DNA of 47,432 nucleotides from NCBI GenBank assembly GCA_046598045.1, contig JBKJJJ010000095.1:1-47432 (forward strand), read 5' to 3'. The translations under genes were made by a program, and so were the position numbers. Positions 10,528-20,567 of the stretch are shown piece by piece (the first letter of the stretch is position 1; every line of letters starts with the position of its first letter). The notes under the pieces were generated by a model. That model did no database searches and had not been told where the DNA came from. It saw nothing but the letters and a program-made list of their open reading frames with translations. This stretch comes from Candidatus Eiseniibacteriota bacterium (lineage in GTDB: Bacteria; Eisenbacteria; RBG-16-71-46; DASYSL01).

Positions 10528-11864
10528 TCCGCCGCAGTGACATCGCGCCCGCGCTGTTCGCCCTCTTCCTGTGCGCCCCGTCGGCCCGCGCCGCGGTCCC
10601 GACTCCGGGCGCTCCGCAGGCGCATCCGGTCGCGATCGTGGGCGCGACCATTCATCCCGTATCGGGGTCGGACATCGCGGGCGGCACGATCGTGTTCGAC
10701 GCCGGGAAGATCGTGGCGCTCGGACCGTCGTCGTCGACGCCCGCGCCGAGCGGCGCGGAAGTGGTCGACGGCACGGGCAAGCACGTCTATCCCTCGCTGA
10801 TCGACGCGTGGACCAATCTCGGGCTGACCGAGATCGAGTCCAACCGGCAGACGCGCGATTTCGCGGAGACCGCCGCGCTCGCGCCGAACGTGCGCGCCGA
10901 CCAGGCGTTCCACCCCGAGAGCGAGCTCGTGCCGGTGGCGCGCTCGAACGGCATCCTGCTCGCGAACGTCACGCCGCGCGGCGGCGTTCTCTCGGGGCAG
11001 GCCGCGTTGATGGCGCTCGACGGCTGGACGAACAGCGACATGACCGTGCGCGCGCCGATCGGCGTGGTCGTCAACTGGCCGGGCATGGTGATCATCCGCG
11101 CCGAGGGCGCGGCCCCGGAAGCGGTCCAGCGCGATACCCGCGACCGCGCGCTCAAGGCGCTGGCGCAGGCGTTCGACGACGCCGCGGCCTACCGTGCCGC
11201 GCGCTCCGCGGCCGGAAGCCAGGCGCCCCACGACCGGCGCTGGGAGTCGCTGCTGCCCGTGCTCGAGGGCAGGCTGCCGCTGCTGGTTTCCGCCGAGGAG
11301 GTGCATCAGATCGAGTCCGCGGTCGCGTTCGCCAGCGAGCGCCACCTCAAGCTCGTGATCTACGGCGGCTACGACGCGCCCCTGGTTCTCGGGCTGCTCA
11401 AGGCGCACGACGTGCCGGTGATCATCGCGGCCACCCAACGCCTGCCGCGCCGCCGCTCGGATCCTTACGACGCGCCCGCGACCGCGCCCGCGCAGCTCGC
11501 TGCGGCCGGCGTGCGGTTCGCGATCGCGAACGGCGGGGGCGCGTGGAACGAGCGCAACCTGCCGTACCAGGCCGCGACCGCGCAGGCGTTCGGCCTGTCG
11601 GCGGGCGACGCGCTCAAGTCGATCACGCTCTATCCGGCGCAGATCCTGGGCGTCGCCGATCGCGTCGGGGCGCTCGAGGCCGGCAAGGATGCGACGTTGC
11701 TGGTGACCGACGGCGATATCCTCGAGGAGCCGACCCACGTCCTGTCGGCGTGGATCGCGGGCCGGGCGGTGGACCTGAACGATCGCCAGAAGACGCTCGC
11801 GGCGAAGTACCAGACGAAGTACCAGCGGCTCGGCCTGCTTCCCCCGGACGCAACCCACCCGTGA
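10524..11864 (+). CDS. Secreted amidohydrolase-family protein (HxH motif absent)
   Basis: ATGA overlap with the upstream stop; signal peptide; VYPSLIDAWTNLG, ITLYPAQILGV.DRVGALEAGKDATL. Confidence 0.82.
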   Translation: MIRRSDIAPALFALFLCAPSARAAVPTPGAPQAHPVAIVGATIHPVSGSDIAGGTIVFDAGKIVALGPSSSTPAPSGAEVVDGTGKHVYPSLIDAWTNLGLTEIESNRQTRDFAETAALAPNVRADQAFHPESELVPVARSNGILLANVTPRGGVLSGQAALMALDGWTNSDMTVRAPIGVVVNWPGMVIIRAEGAAPEAVQRDTRDRALKALAQAFDDAAAYRAARSAAGSQAPHDRRWESLLPVLEGRLPLLVSAEEVHQIESAVAFASERHLKLVIYGGYDAPLVLGLLKAHDVPVIIAATQRLPRRRSDPYDAPATAPAQLAAAGVRFAIANGGGAWNERNLPYQAATAQAFGLSAGDALKSITLYPAQILGVADRVGALEAGKDATLLVTDGDILEEPTHVLSAWIAGRAVDLNDRQKTLAAKYQTKYQRLGLLPPDATHP

Positions 11865-11872
11865 GGCTCTTC

Positions 11873-14566
11873 ATGAATCGTCCCCGCATCCTGCTCCTGC
11901 TCATGGCCTGCAGCCTGCTTGCGCCGGCGGCCGGCGAGGCGCGGCCCGCGAGCCACGCGCCGTCCAAGGCGTCCACGGCCGCCCGTTCCGCCGCCCCGCT
12001 GCAAAGGCTGCCCGCGGACGTGCGCCCGACCTCCGAGGAAGTGCGCCTCGAGATCGATCCCGCCTCGCCCGACTATCGGGGCAGCGTGTCGATCGCGCTC
12101 ACGCTCCGGCGCGCCACGCGCCAGGTGCGGCTCCACGCCGAGGACATGACACTCGAGTCGCTGACGATCGCGCCCACGGACGCGCAGGGCTCACCGGGGG
12201 CGGCAGTCAAACTCACGGCGGTTGCCGGGGAGCATGGGCTGCAGACCCTGACCGCGCCGCGTGTGCTCAAGCCCGGCACCTATCGCCTCGCGATCGCGTT
12301 CGCGAACGACTTCAACACCCAGGCGACGAGCCTGTACCGCCTCCAGTCCGGCGGCGACTGGTACTCGTTCACGCAGTTCGAGGCGGACGACGCGCGCGAA
12401 GCGTTCCCGTGTTTCGATGAGCCCGAGTTCAAGATCCCCTGGAACATGACCGTGGTCGCCCCGCAGGCGCACCTCGTGATCGGCAACACGCCGGTGCTGT
12501 CGGAGACCGTCGAGGGCGGGAAGAAGACCGTCGTGTTCCAGACCACGAAGCCGCTCCCCTCGTATCTGGTCGCGCTCGCCACCGGGCCGCTCGAGACCGT
12601 TCCGATCGAGGGGCTCGGCGTGCCGGGCCGCGTGGTCACGGTCAAGGGGCAATCGCAACTCGCCGGGGAGGCCGCGCGCGTCACGCCGCTGCTGGTCTCG
12701 GCGCTCGAGTCCTACTTCGGTCGGCCCTACCCGTACGAGAAGCTCGACCTGATCGCGGCGCCCGAGTTCTGGCCCGGCGCGATGGAGAATGCGGGCGCGA
12801 TCACGTTCGCCGACCGCGTGCTGCTGCTCGACCCGGCGCACGCGAGCATTACGCAGCGCCGGGGCCTCGCCTCGACCACCGCGCACGAGCTGGCGCACAT
12901 GTGGTTCGGCGACCTCGTCACCATGCGCTGGTGGGACGACCTCTGGCTCAACGAGTCGTTCGCCTCGTGGATGGGCGAGAAGGTGACGCACCAGGTCTTC
13001 CCCGAGTACGGCATCGACCTCGGGCTCGTGACCGACACGGACCGGGCCATGCGCACCGACGGCCGGCTCTCGACGCGCGCGATCCGGCAACCGGTGAACA
13101 GCATGGCGAACCTCCTCCAGTCAGCGGATGTCCTGGCCTACGACAAGGGTCAGACGCTGCTCGGGATGTTCGAGCAGTGGGCGGGGGAGGAGCTGTTCCG
13201 CACCGGCGTGCGCAACTATCTCGCCGCCCACGCGTTCGGCAACGCCACCGCGTCGGACCTGTTCGCGGCGCTCTCTCGGGCGACCGGCAAGGACCTGGGC
13301 GCGCCCATGTCGTCGTTCCTCGACCAGCCCGGCCTGCCCATGGTCGACGTCGAGCCGTTGCCCGGGGGCAAGGTGCGCCTGACGCAAGGGCGGTTCCTCC
13401 CCGCCGGGACGACCCGCCCGGCGCCCCAGATCTGGCAGGTGCCGATGTCGCTCAAGTTCGACGACGGCAGCGGCGTGCGCGAGCAGAACGTGCTGCTCAC
13501 CCGGGCGACCCAGGTGGTCGACCTCGGCGTCTCGAAGATCGAATGGATCGAGCCGAACGCGCGCGCCTGGGGCTACTACCGCTGGAAGCTGCCGCGTGCC
13601 GCGATGGTCGCGCTCGCGGACGACGCGCAGAAGAACCTCACTCCCCGGGAACGCATGGAGTACGCCTACAACGCCGAGGCGCTCGTCGACGCGGGCGCGC
13701 TGCACGCGGACGGCTACCTGCAGGCGCTGGTGCGCGTGCTGCGCGATCCCGAGCCGCTGGTGGTGGGGGCCGGGCTCGAGGGCCTCGGGCAGTTGCGCGA
13801 TCCGCTGATCACGCGCGAGCTCGAAGAGCCATACTCGCGCTACGTGCGCATGGCGCTCGCCCCGGCGATCGATCGCTTCGGCCGCTCCCGCCGCGCGGGC
13901 GAGGCGGAGGCCGTGTCCCTGCTGCGGCCGCGTCTCCTGACCACGCTCGCGGACGAGGGCAAGGACCCGGCGACGCGCGCATTCGGGGACTCGCTCGCGC
14001 TCGCATTCCTCGCCGATCCGGCCGCGGTCGATCCCGCGCTCGCGCCCCCGGCGCTCGCGATCGCGGGACTCACCGGCGACGCGGCCTTGCGCGACCGCGT
14101 GCGCGCGAAGTTCGAGTCCGCGGGGTCCCCGGCCGAACGCCGCATCTACCTGAGCGCGCTCGGGTCGTTCCGCGACCCGAAGCTGATCGAGGAGAATCTC
14201 GCCTACGCGCTGACCGGCCCGCTCAAGCCGCAGGAGATCGGGGCGATCGCACGCGGCGTGAACGAGTACGCGCCGAATCGCGACATCTCGTGGAAGTGGC
14301 TGCGCACGAATTACGACACGATCATGAAGCGCATTCCGCCCATGTTCGGCGCGTTCCTGCCGCTCTACGCCAGCGGATGCTCCGGCCCGCGCCTCGCCGA
14401 GGCCGAGGACTTCTTCGCCGAGCCCGCCCATGCGCCGCCCGGCGTGGCGAAGGAACTCGCAAAGGTGGCGGAGGGCGTGCACGACTGCCAGGGCCTGAGG
14501 GAGCGCGAGGGGCCGCGCGTGCAGGCGTTCCTGACCAAGGCGGGCGCCGACGGGCAACTGCCTTGA
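11873..14566 (+). CDS. Secreted M1-family aminopeptidase with ERAP1-like C-terminal domain
   Basis: Signal peptide at ATG 11873; TQFE..DAREAFPCFDEP, GAMEN, HELAH...WDDLWLNES, YDKG. Confidence 0.92.
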   Translation: MNRPRILLLLMACSLLAPAAGEARPASHAPSKASTAARSAAPLQRLPADVRPTSEEVRLEIDPASPDYRGSVSIALTLRRATRQVRLHAEDMTLESLTIAPTDAQGSPGAAVKLTAVAGEHGLQTLTAPRVLKPGTYRLAIAFANDFNTQATSLYRLQSGGDWYSFTQFEADDAREAFPCFDEPEFKIPWNMTVVAPQAHLVIGNTPVLSETVEGGKKTVVFQTTKPLPSYLVALATGPLETVPIEGLGVPGRVVTVKGQSQLAGEAARVTPLLVSALESYFGRPYPYEKLDLIAAPEFWPGAMENAGAITFADRVLLLDPAHASITQRRGLASTTAHELAHMWFGDLVTMRWWDDLWLNESFASWMGEKVTHQVFPEYGIDLGLVTDTDRAMRTDGRLSTRAIRQPVNSMANLLQSADVLAYDKGQTLLGMFEQWAGEELFRTGVRNYLAAHAFGNATASDLFAALSRATGKDLGAPMSSFLDQPGLPMVDVEPLPGGKVRLTQGRFLPAGTTRPAPQIWQVPMSLKFDDGSGVREQNVLLTRATQVVDLGVSKIEWIEPNARAWGYYRWKLPRAAMVALADDAQKNLTPRERMEYAYNAEALVDAGALHADGYLQALVRVLRDPEPLVVGAGLEGLGQLRDPLITRELEEPYSRYVRMALAPAIDRFGRSRRAGEAEAVSLLRPRLLTTLADEGKDPATRAFGDSLALAFLADPAAVDPALAPPALAIAGLTGDAALRDRVRAKFESAGSPAERRIYLSALGSFRDPKLIEENLAYALTGPLKPQEIGAIARGVNEYAPNRDISWKWLRTNYDTIMKRIPPMFGAFLPLYASGCSGPRLAEAEDFFAEPAHAPPGVAKELAKVAEGVHDCQGLREREGPRVQAFLTKAGADGQLP

Positions 14567-14573
14567 GGCGGAC

Positions 14574-15311
14574 CTACCGGTAAAGCGACTTGATCCCGCC
14601 CCACGTCGCCGCGCGCGCCGGTGTGCCGGGCGGCGTGAAGTCGATGGTGAGCGCGGGCCGGACCGTCGGATCGGTCTGCTCGCGCGTGTCGAAGCGCTTC
14701 GCCGTCGCGCTCGCGCCCTCGTTGCCGCGCAGCAGCCAGCCGAAGTTCGTACCCGGGACGTCCAGCCAGCCCTGCGCGTCCGCGATCATGGCCGCCGAAT
14801 TCGGCCACGTCGCCGGGCCGACGACGCCCACGCCCAGCGCGGCCGTCGCCGCGGGCGCGAAGTCGCCCCCGACCGTGCCCCAAAGCGTCCCCGGAAAGAA
14901 TCGGTGCAGCCAGGTCGCGTCGTTCGCCGTCGAAGGCGCGCCCGCGCCGCCGCCCGTGCCGGCGTTCGACGTGCCCTCGCCCCAGTCGGCCGTCCCGCGG
15001 TGCAATGCGATCGACTGGGAGGTCGCGGTCGAGGCCTGCGACACGTTGAGGCGCAGCGAGACGCCGGTGATCGTCGATCCGGCCGGGATCGCCCCCGCGA
15101 CGTCGAAATGAAGTACGGCGCGCCGGCGCGAGTTCGTCGCCTCGTTCGTGCGGCCGGAAAACATGGTCGGCCCGGCGCCGTTCGAGGCTGCGCCCGTGGC
15201 GTTCTCGATCAGCGTGTTGTCGCGGTCGGAGACGAGCACGACCGTGTCGGCGTGCGCGAATGCCACGGGCGCGAAGGTCAGTGCAAGCACGATCGCCAGG
15301 AATCGATTCAT
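14574..15311 (-). CDS. Secreted DNRLRE-like domain protein with C-terminal TWGGIKSLYR motif
   Basis: Signal peptide (..AFAHA); SDRDNTLIE, RRAVLHFDV, WGEG, NFGWLL, RPALTI; ends TPARAATWGGIKSLYR. Confidence 0.7.
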   Translation of the reverse strand: MNRFLAIVLALTFAPVAFAHADTVVLVSDRDNTLIENATGAASNGAGPTMFSGRTNEATNSRRRAVLHFDVAGAIPAGSTITGVSLRLNVSQASTATSQSIALHRGTADWGEGTSNAGTGGGAGAPSTANDATWLHRFFPGTLWGTVGGDFAPAATAALGVGVVGPATWPNSAAMIADAQGWLDVPGTNFGWLLRGNEGASATAKRFDTREQTDPTVRPALTIDFTPPGTPARAATWGGIKSLYR

Positions 15312-17101
15312 GGGAGGTAGATGAACCTGAGGGCCGCTCGGCGGCCGGCCGCGCTGACCTCGAGCGCGTAAAGACCCGGGGGCGCGGCGCGGCCGCCGTC
15401 GTCGCGGCCGTTCCAGCGCAGGAGTTGGGACCCGGCGGGGCGCGCGTCACCCGCCCACAGGACCGCGACGCGTCGGCCAGCGGGATTGAACACCGTCGCC
15501 CGAGCCGCAGCAGCCGCGGGAAGCGAGATCGTGAACCGCGCCTCGCCGCGCGCGGGATTGCTGCCGGCGAACGCGAGTCCGAGGGAGGTGCCCGGCAGCG
15601 GACCGTCCCCGACGCCGACGGTCGGCCCAACCTGTCCGCTCCCGAGGAAGCGCTGCGCAAAGATGTCGTGGTTGGTCAGGCCGTTGCGCGCGTCCTCCCA
15701 CGCGCAGATCGCGCCGCCCGCGCCGTCGCTCACGAGCGTGGGTTCGATCTGCTCGTTCGGAGCGGTGCAGATCGCGCGGCCATCGGCGGCCCATCCGGGG
15801 GCGCGCGTGCCGTCGGAGCGCACGTGCTGCGCGTAGAGTTCGGCGCCGGGGCGGCCGTCCTTCCACGCCACGAGGGCGCCGCCCGCGCCGTCGCTGCAGA
15901 TCGCGGGATCGTCCTGGCGATCCGGCTGGACGCTCAGGTCCACGCCGTTCGCCGGCCAGCCGGGCGCGCGTGCGCCGTTCGCCAGGAGGCGCAACGCGAA
16001 CACGTCCGTGTTGGTCGGAAAGCTCGAGGTGTCGCGCCCGTCCTGCCACGCGAGGATCGCGCCGCCGGCGCCATCGGGGACGAGCACGGGGCGGTACTGT
16101 TCCCCGGCGGTCTTGACGACCTCGACGCCGTCGGCGGTCCAGCCCGGAGCGAGCGCGCCGCCTGAGAGAATGCGTATGGCGTAGATGTCGGGGTCGGCAT
16201 TGCGCGCGTCGAGCCACGCCACGATCGCGCCGCCCTGGCCGTCGGAGACCGCGGTCGGCTTGCTCTGCTCGAACCCGGGAACGAGCGCAAGCAGTTCGCC
16301 GTTCACCGCCCACGCCGTGTCGGGAATGCCCGTGGCCATCATGTGGCCGGCGTAGAGGTCCTTCTGGCTCGTGAGCGCGCCGCCGTTCCGGCCGTCCTCC
16401 CACGCCACGATCGCGCCGCCCGCGCCGTCGGGGACGATCGTCGGAAACGCCTGCTGCTGGAGCGCGCCCGAGAGCAACGCGCCGTTCGCGGTCCACGCCG
16501 GATCCACCGCGCCGCCGGGGAGCACGTGTTGCACGTACAGGTCCTCGCTCACGCTGCGCACGTCCGACCAGGCCACCAGCGCGCCGCCCGCGCCGTCGCC
16601 CGTCACCACCGGGCTGATTTGCTCGCCGGTCGCGGCGCACACCGCCCGGCCGTCCGCAGGCCATCCGGCGGCAAGCCCGCCCGACACGAGGCGCATGGCG
16701 TAGATGTCCGACGCCGGGCCGCGCAGGTCCGCCCACACGACGACCGCGCCGCCCGCGCCGTCGGCCGCGATTTGCGGGTCGCGCTGAACGGCGGCGTGCG
16801 TGCACAGCGCGAGGCCGTCGGCCGGCCAGCCCGCCACGATGGCGCCGGCGGCGGTGACGTGCTGCGCGAAGAGGTCGGCATTGCCTGCGCGGTAGTCGAG
16901 CCAGACCACGTAGGCGCCGCCCTGCCCGTCGGGCGCGGCGAGCGGAATGCTCTGATTGAGGGCGGCGAGCGTCAGCGGGATGCCATCGGCTGTCCACGCC
17001 GCATGCGCGGGGGCGGGCCGCCCCGCGAGGGCGAGGGCGGCCAGGACAAACAGGATTCTGCGCGCGCGGCGGGGGGCGCGCGACCGGGCAAGGCGATGCA
17101 T
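15308..17101 (-). CDS. Secreted 8-repeat (probable beta-propeller) protein with FlgD-Ig/T9SS-like CTD
   Basis: Signal peptide (..PAHA); eight DG(A/Q)GGAxxxWxDxR repeats; C-terminal SNPARG..VFNPAGRRV..WNGRDDGGR..PGLY. Confidence 0.8.
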   Translation of the reverse strand: MHRLARSRAPRRARRILFVLAALALAGRPAPAHAAWTADGIPLTLAALNQSIPLAAPDGQGGAYVVWLDYRAGNADLFAQHVTAAGAIVAGWPADGLALCTHAAVQRDPQIAADGAGGAVVVWADLRGPASDIYAMRLVSGGLAAGWPADGRAVCAATGEQISPVVTGDGAGGALVAWSDVRSVSEDLYVQHVLPGGAVDPAWTANGALLSGALQQQAFPTIVPDGAGGAIVAWEDGRNGGALTSQKDLYAGHMMATGIPDTAWAVNGELLALVPGFEQSKPTAVSDGQGGAIVAWLDARNADPDIYAIRILSGGALAPGWTADGVEVVKTAGEQYRPVLVPDGAGGAILAWQDGRDTSSFPTNTDVFALRLLANGARAPGWPANGVDLSVQPDRQDDPAICSDGAGGALVAWKDGRPGAELYAQHVRSDGTRAPGWAADGRAICTAPNEQIEPTLVSDGAGGAICAWEDARNGLTNHDIFAQRFLGSGQVGPTVGVGDGPLPGTSLGLAFAGSNPARGEARFTISLPAAAAARATVFNPAGRRVAVLWAGDARPAGSQLLRWNGRDDGGRAAPPGLYALEVSAAGRRAALRFIYLP

Positions 17102-17204
17102 CGGACCTCCGGTGGGGAGAAGTCACATGGGCGGGTGCCGAAAAGCTTACGCCCTCGCGCGCCTCCGGTCACGCGCCGAATCGGCCCGGGAGGCGGCGTG
17201 GGCG

Positions 17205-17233
17205 TTGCAATTTGCTCTCCGGCGGGGCATCCT
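17205..17233 (+). promoter_or_regulatory. Putative sigma70 promoter for the S9 peptidase (leaderless)
   Basis: TTGCAA-17 nt-CATCCT, 7 nt before ATG 17241, no Shine-Dalgarno. Confidence 0.45.
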
Positions 17234-17240
17234 CCGCGCC

Positions 17241-19337
17241 ATGCTCGAAACCGACCTGCTGCGCCTGACCTGGATCGCCGACCCGCAGATCAGCCCCGAC
17301 GGCCGCCGGATCGTCTTCACCCGCGTCACGGTGGACACGGCGCTCGACACCTACCAGACCAGCCTCTGGATCGTCGCCACGGCCGGCGGCGCCCCGCGGG
17401 CGCTCACGTTCGGCCCCCGCGATGGGCAGGGGCGCTGGTCGCCCACCGGCGACCGCATCGCGTTCGTGCGCGCGCCGGCCGAGGGCAAGTCGCCCCAGCT
17501 CCACGTCTTGCCCATGGGCGGGGGCGAGGCGAGCCGGCTGACCGACCTCGCGAAGGGCGCCTCGAGTCCGGCGTGGTCGCCGGACGGCAGGCGCCTCGTG
17601 TTCGCGAGCGAGACCCGGCCCGAGCTCGATGGCCTGACCACCGCCGACCACGAGGAGAAGGAGAAGGCGAAGCCCAAGAAGGAGCCGGCGCGGATCGTGA
17701 CGCGCCCGTTCTTCCGGCTCGACAACCAGGGGTTCTACGACTTCGAGCACCCCGAGCACCTGTGGCTCGTGGAGGCCGATGGCGGCACGTCGCCGAGGCA
17801 GCTCACGGCCGGGCCCTACGCCGAAAGCGCTGCTGCGTGGTCGCGCGACGGGCAGCGCATCCTGTTCCTGAGCGACCGCCGCGCCGAGCCGTGGCACGGT
17901 CCCGACAATCAGGACCTCTACGCGGTCGCGATCGATCGCGCGAAACCCGCGACCGACGGCGACGGCATCTCGCTGGTGGCCGACGCCGCCGGGCCGATCC
18001 TCACGTTCCACGAGGGCGAAGGCGGCGCGATCCTCGGCACGGGCGTCCTCGTGCAGGAGCCGGCGCGCTCGTACGACCAGGGGGACCTGTTCCTGTTCGA
18101 GGCGCCATGGCCGACGCGCGTCGCGCGCGTGCTCACCGGGCCCTACGACTTCGAGGTCGGCGATTCGACGATCGGCTCCGACCAGCACCCGCCCCGCGGC
18201 GGCGGCGGGATGCCGCTGGCGTTCGCTCCCGGCGGCAGGGACGCGTACACCACGGTCGGCCGCCACGGCGCGCAGATCCTTGCCCGCGTGGGCGTCGACG
18301 ACGGCACGGTCGAGGAGCTGACCGACGACCGCCACGAGGTGATCGCCGGCAGCGTCACGCCCGACGCTGCGAAGTTCGCGCTCGTACTCGGTTCGCCCGA
18401 TCGGCCCGGCGTGCTCCACGTGTTCGACGCCGAGACGCGCGCGCTCACGCCGCTCTTCGATCCGAACCAGGAGCTGTTCGCGGGCTCCAAGTTCGGGCCG
18501 GTCGAGGAGATCTGGGTGCCCTCGTTCGACGGCACGAAGATCCAGGCGTGGATCGTCAAGCCGCCGGGCTTCGACCCGAAGCAGAAGTACCCGATGGTGC
18601 TCGAGATCCACGGCGGCCCGCACACGGCTTACGGCATGGGCTTCTACCACGAGTTCCACGTGCTGGCAGAGGCGGGCTACGTCGTGCTCTACCCGAACCC
18701 GCGCGGCTCGACGACCTACGGGCAGGAATTCGGCAACGTCATCCAGTACGAATACCCGGGCGACGACTACAAGGACCTGATGGCGTGCGTCGACCACATG
18801 GTCGCTCTCGGCTACGTCGACGAGTCGCGGCTCGGCATCACGGGCGGCTCGGGCGGGGGCCTGCTCACGAACTGGGCGATCACCCAGACGCACCGCTTCA
18901 AGGCGGCGATCACGCAGCGCTGCATCGGCGACTGGGAATCGTTCTGGTACAGCGCCGACTTCACGCAGTTCAACAACTCGTGGTTCCGCAAGGCCCCGTT
19001 CGAGGACGACGCCGACTACAAGCGCCGCTCGCCCGTGACGCTGGCAGCGAACATCCAGACGCCGCTGCTCGTGCTCCACAGCGAGGAGGACTGGCGCACG
19101 CCGATCGCCCAGGGCGAGACCATGTACCGGGCGCTGGTCGCGCTCAAGAAGCCCGCGGTGATGGCGCGCTTCCCGGGCGAAGGCCACGAGCTGACGCGCA
19201 GCGGCGCGCCCTCGCGGCGGGTGCAGAACCAGCAACTGATCCGGCGCTGGTTCGACAAGTGGCTGCTCGGCGCCGAGGTCAAGGACTTCGACGATCCGGC
19301 CGTGCGGCTCGCGGCGCCGGCGGGTGTGGTGCGCTAG
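17241..19337 (+). CDS. S9 family peptidase (acylaminoacyl/prolyl oligopeptidase-like)
   Basis: PD40-like SPDG/WSP repeats; IHGGPH, NPRGSTTYG, nucleophile GGSGGG, Asp EEDWRT, His EGHEL. Confidence 0.92.
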   Translation: MLETDLLRLTWIADPQISPDGRRIVFTRVTVDTALDTYQTSLWIVATAGGAPRALTFGPRDGQGRWSPTGDRIAFVRAPAEGKSPQLHVLPMGGGEASRLTDLAKGASSPAWSPDGRRLVFASETRPELDGLTTADHEEKEKAKPKKEPARIVTRPFFRLDNQGFYDFEHPEHLWLVEADGGTSPRQLTAGPYAESAAAWSRDGQRILFLSDRRAEPWHGPDNQDLYAVAIDRAKPATDGDGISLVADAAGPILTFHEGEGGAILGTGVLVQEPARSYDQGDLFLFEAPWPTRVARVLTGPYDFEVGDSTIGSDQHPPRGGGGMPLAFAPGGRDAYTTVGRHGAQILARVGVDDGTVEELTDDRHEVIAGSVTPDAAKFALVLGSPDRPGVLHVFDAETRALTPLFDPNQELFAGSKFGPVEEIWVPSFDGTKIQAWIVKPPGFDPKQKYPMVLEIHGGPHTAYGMGFYHEFHVLAEAGYVVLYPNPRGSTTYGQEFGNVIQYEYPGDDYKDLMACVDHMVALGYVDESRLGITGGSGGGLLTNWAITQTHRFKAAITQRCIGDWESFWYSADFTQFNNSWFRKAPFEDDADYKRRSPVTLAANIQTPLLVLHSEEDWRTPIAQGETMYRALVALKKPAVMARFPGEGHELTRSGAPSRRVQNQQLIRRWFDKWLLGAEVKDFDDPAVRLAAPAGVVR

Positions 19338-19346
19338 CAGCTGCGC

Positions 19347-20567
19347 ATGGCCACCCCGCGCAAGGCGCACCCCGTCGTCTTCGGCATCCTGATCGTCCCG
19401 TTCGGGGTGCTCGGCGGGTACCTCTCGGTCGCCGTCGGCTACATGCTGCAGAAGGCGGGGATCTCGGTCGAGGCGATCGCCGGCCTGGTCGCGTCGGGCC
19501 TCGTGCCCCACACCTGGAAATTCCTGTGGGCGCCGATCGCGGACACCACGCTCACCCGCAAGGCCTGGTACTGGATCTCGGCCGTGCTGGTCGCGCTCGG
19601 CGTGTTCGCGACCGGGGCGCTGCCCGCGACCGCCGCGAGCCTGCCGCTGCTCGGCGTCGTGATCCTCCTCTCGAACATCGCCTCGACGTTCATGGGCATG
19701 GCGGCGGAGAGCCTGCTCGCCTATGGGACGGACGAGGCCGACAAGGGCCGTGCCGGCGGCTGGTACCAGGCCGGCAACCTGGGCGGCAACGGCATCGGCG
19801 GCGGCGCGGGGCTGTGGCTCGCGCAGATCCTCCCCGCGCCGTGGATGGCGTCCGCGATCGTGGCCGCGGTCTGCCTCGCGTGCGGGTTCGCGCTGTTCTT
19901 CGTGCCCGAGCCGCCGGCGACCCACCGCTCCGGGGGCGTGCTCGCCGTCCTCCGGAACGTCGGCAAGGACCTGTGGGGGGTCGCGAAGAGCCGGCGCGGG
20001 TTCGTGGCCATGATCCTGTGCTTCCTGCCGCTCGGTTCCGGCGCGGCATCCGGGCTGTGGTCCGCGGTGGCGGGGGACTGGCGCGCCTCGGCCGGCGCGG
20101 TCGCGCTCGCGACCGGGATCGGGAGCGGGGTGCTCTCGGCGGCCGGCTGCGTCGCGGGGGGCTGGATCTGTGACCGCATGGACCGCAAGAAGGCCTACGC
20201 GCTGTTCGGCGTGCTGCAGGCGCTGACGGCGGTCGGCATGGCGATCTCCCCCCACGACCAGACCAACTACGTGTTGTGGACCTCGATCTACGCGTTCGTC
20301 ACCGGCCTCACCTACGCCGGCTTCACCGCGTTCGTGCTCGAGGCGATGGGCCTCGGCGCGGCGGCGACGAAGTACAACGTGTTCGCCTCCCTGTCGAACA
20401 TGCCGATCTGGTACATGACGCAGATCGACGGCTGGGCGCACACGCGCTTCGGCCCGTCGGGCATGCTGTTCACCGAGGCCTGTTTCGGCGCGCTCGGGCT
20501 GCTCCTCTTTCTCGCCCTGATGGCGCTGGTGCGGCGTCGCGCGCAATGGGCCGCGGAACCGGCCTGA
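19347..20567 (+). CDS. MFS transporter (AmpG-like)
   Basis: About 12 hydrophobic segments; WKFLWAPIAD...RKAW motif; AATKYNVFASLSN. Confidence 0.8.
   Translation: MATPRKAHPVVFGILIVPFGVLGGYLSVAVGYMLQKAGISVEAIAGLVASGLVPHTWKFLWAPIADTTLTRKAWYWISAVLVALGVFATGALPATAASLPLLGVVILLSNIASTFMGMAAESLLAYGTDEADKGRAGGWYQAGNLGGNGIGGGAGLWLAQILPAPWMASAIVAAVCLACGFALFFVPEPPATHRSGGVLAVLRNVGKDLWGVAKSRRGFVAMILCFLPLGSGAASGLWSAVAGDWRASAGAVALATGIGSGVLSAAGCVAGGWICDRMDRKKAYALFGVLQALTAVGMAISPHDQTNYVLWTSIYAFVTGLTYAGFTAFVLEAMGLGAAATKYNVFASLSNMPIWYMTQIDGWAHTRFGPSGMLFTEACFGALGLLLFLALMALVRRRAQWAAEPA

Noticed and set aside
15308..17101. DNA-level tandem repeats (GCGCCGCCCGCGCCGTC) as a mobile or regulatory array
   Set aside because: Fully explained by the encoded DGAGGA protein repeats.
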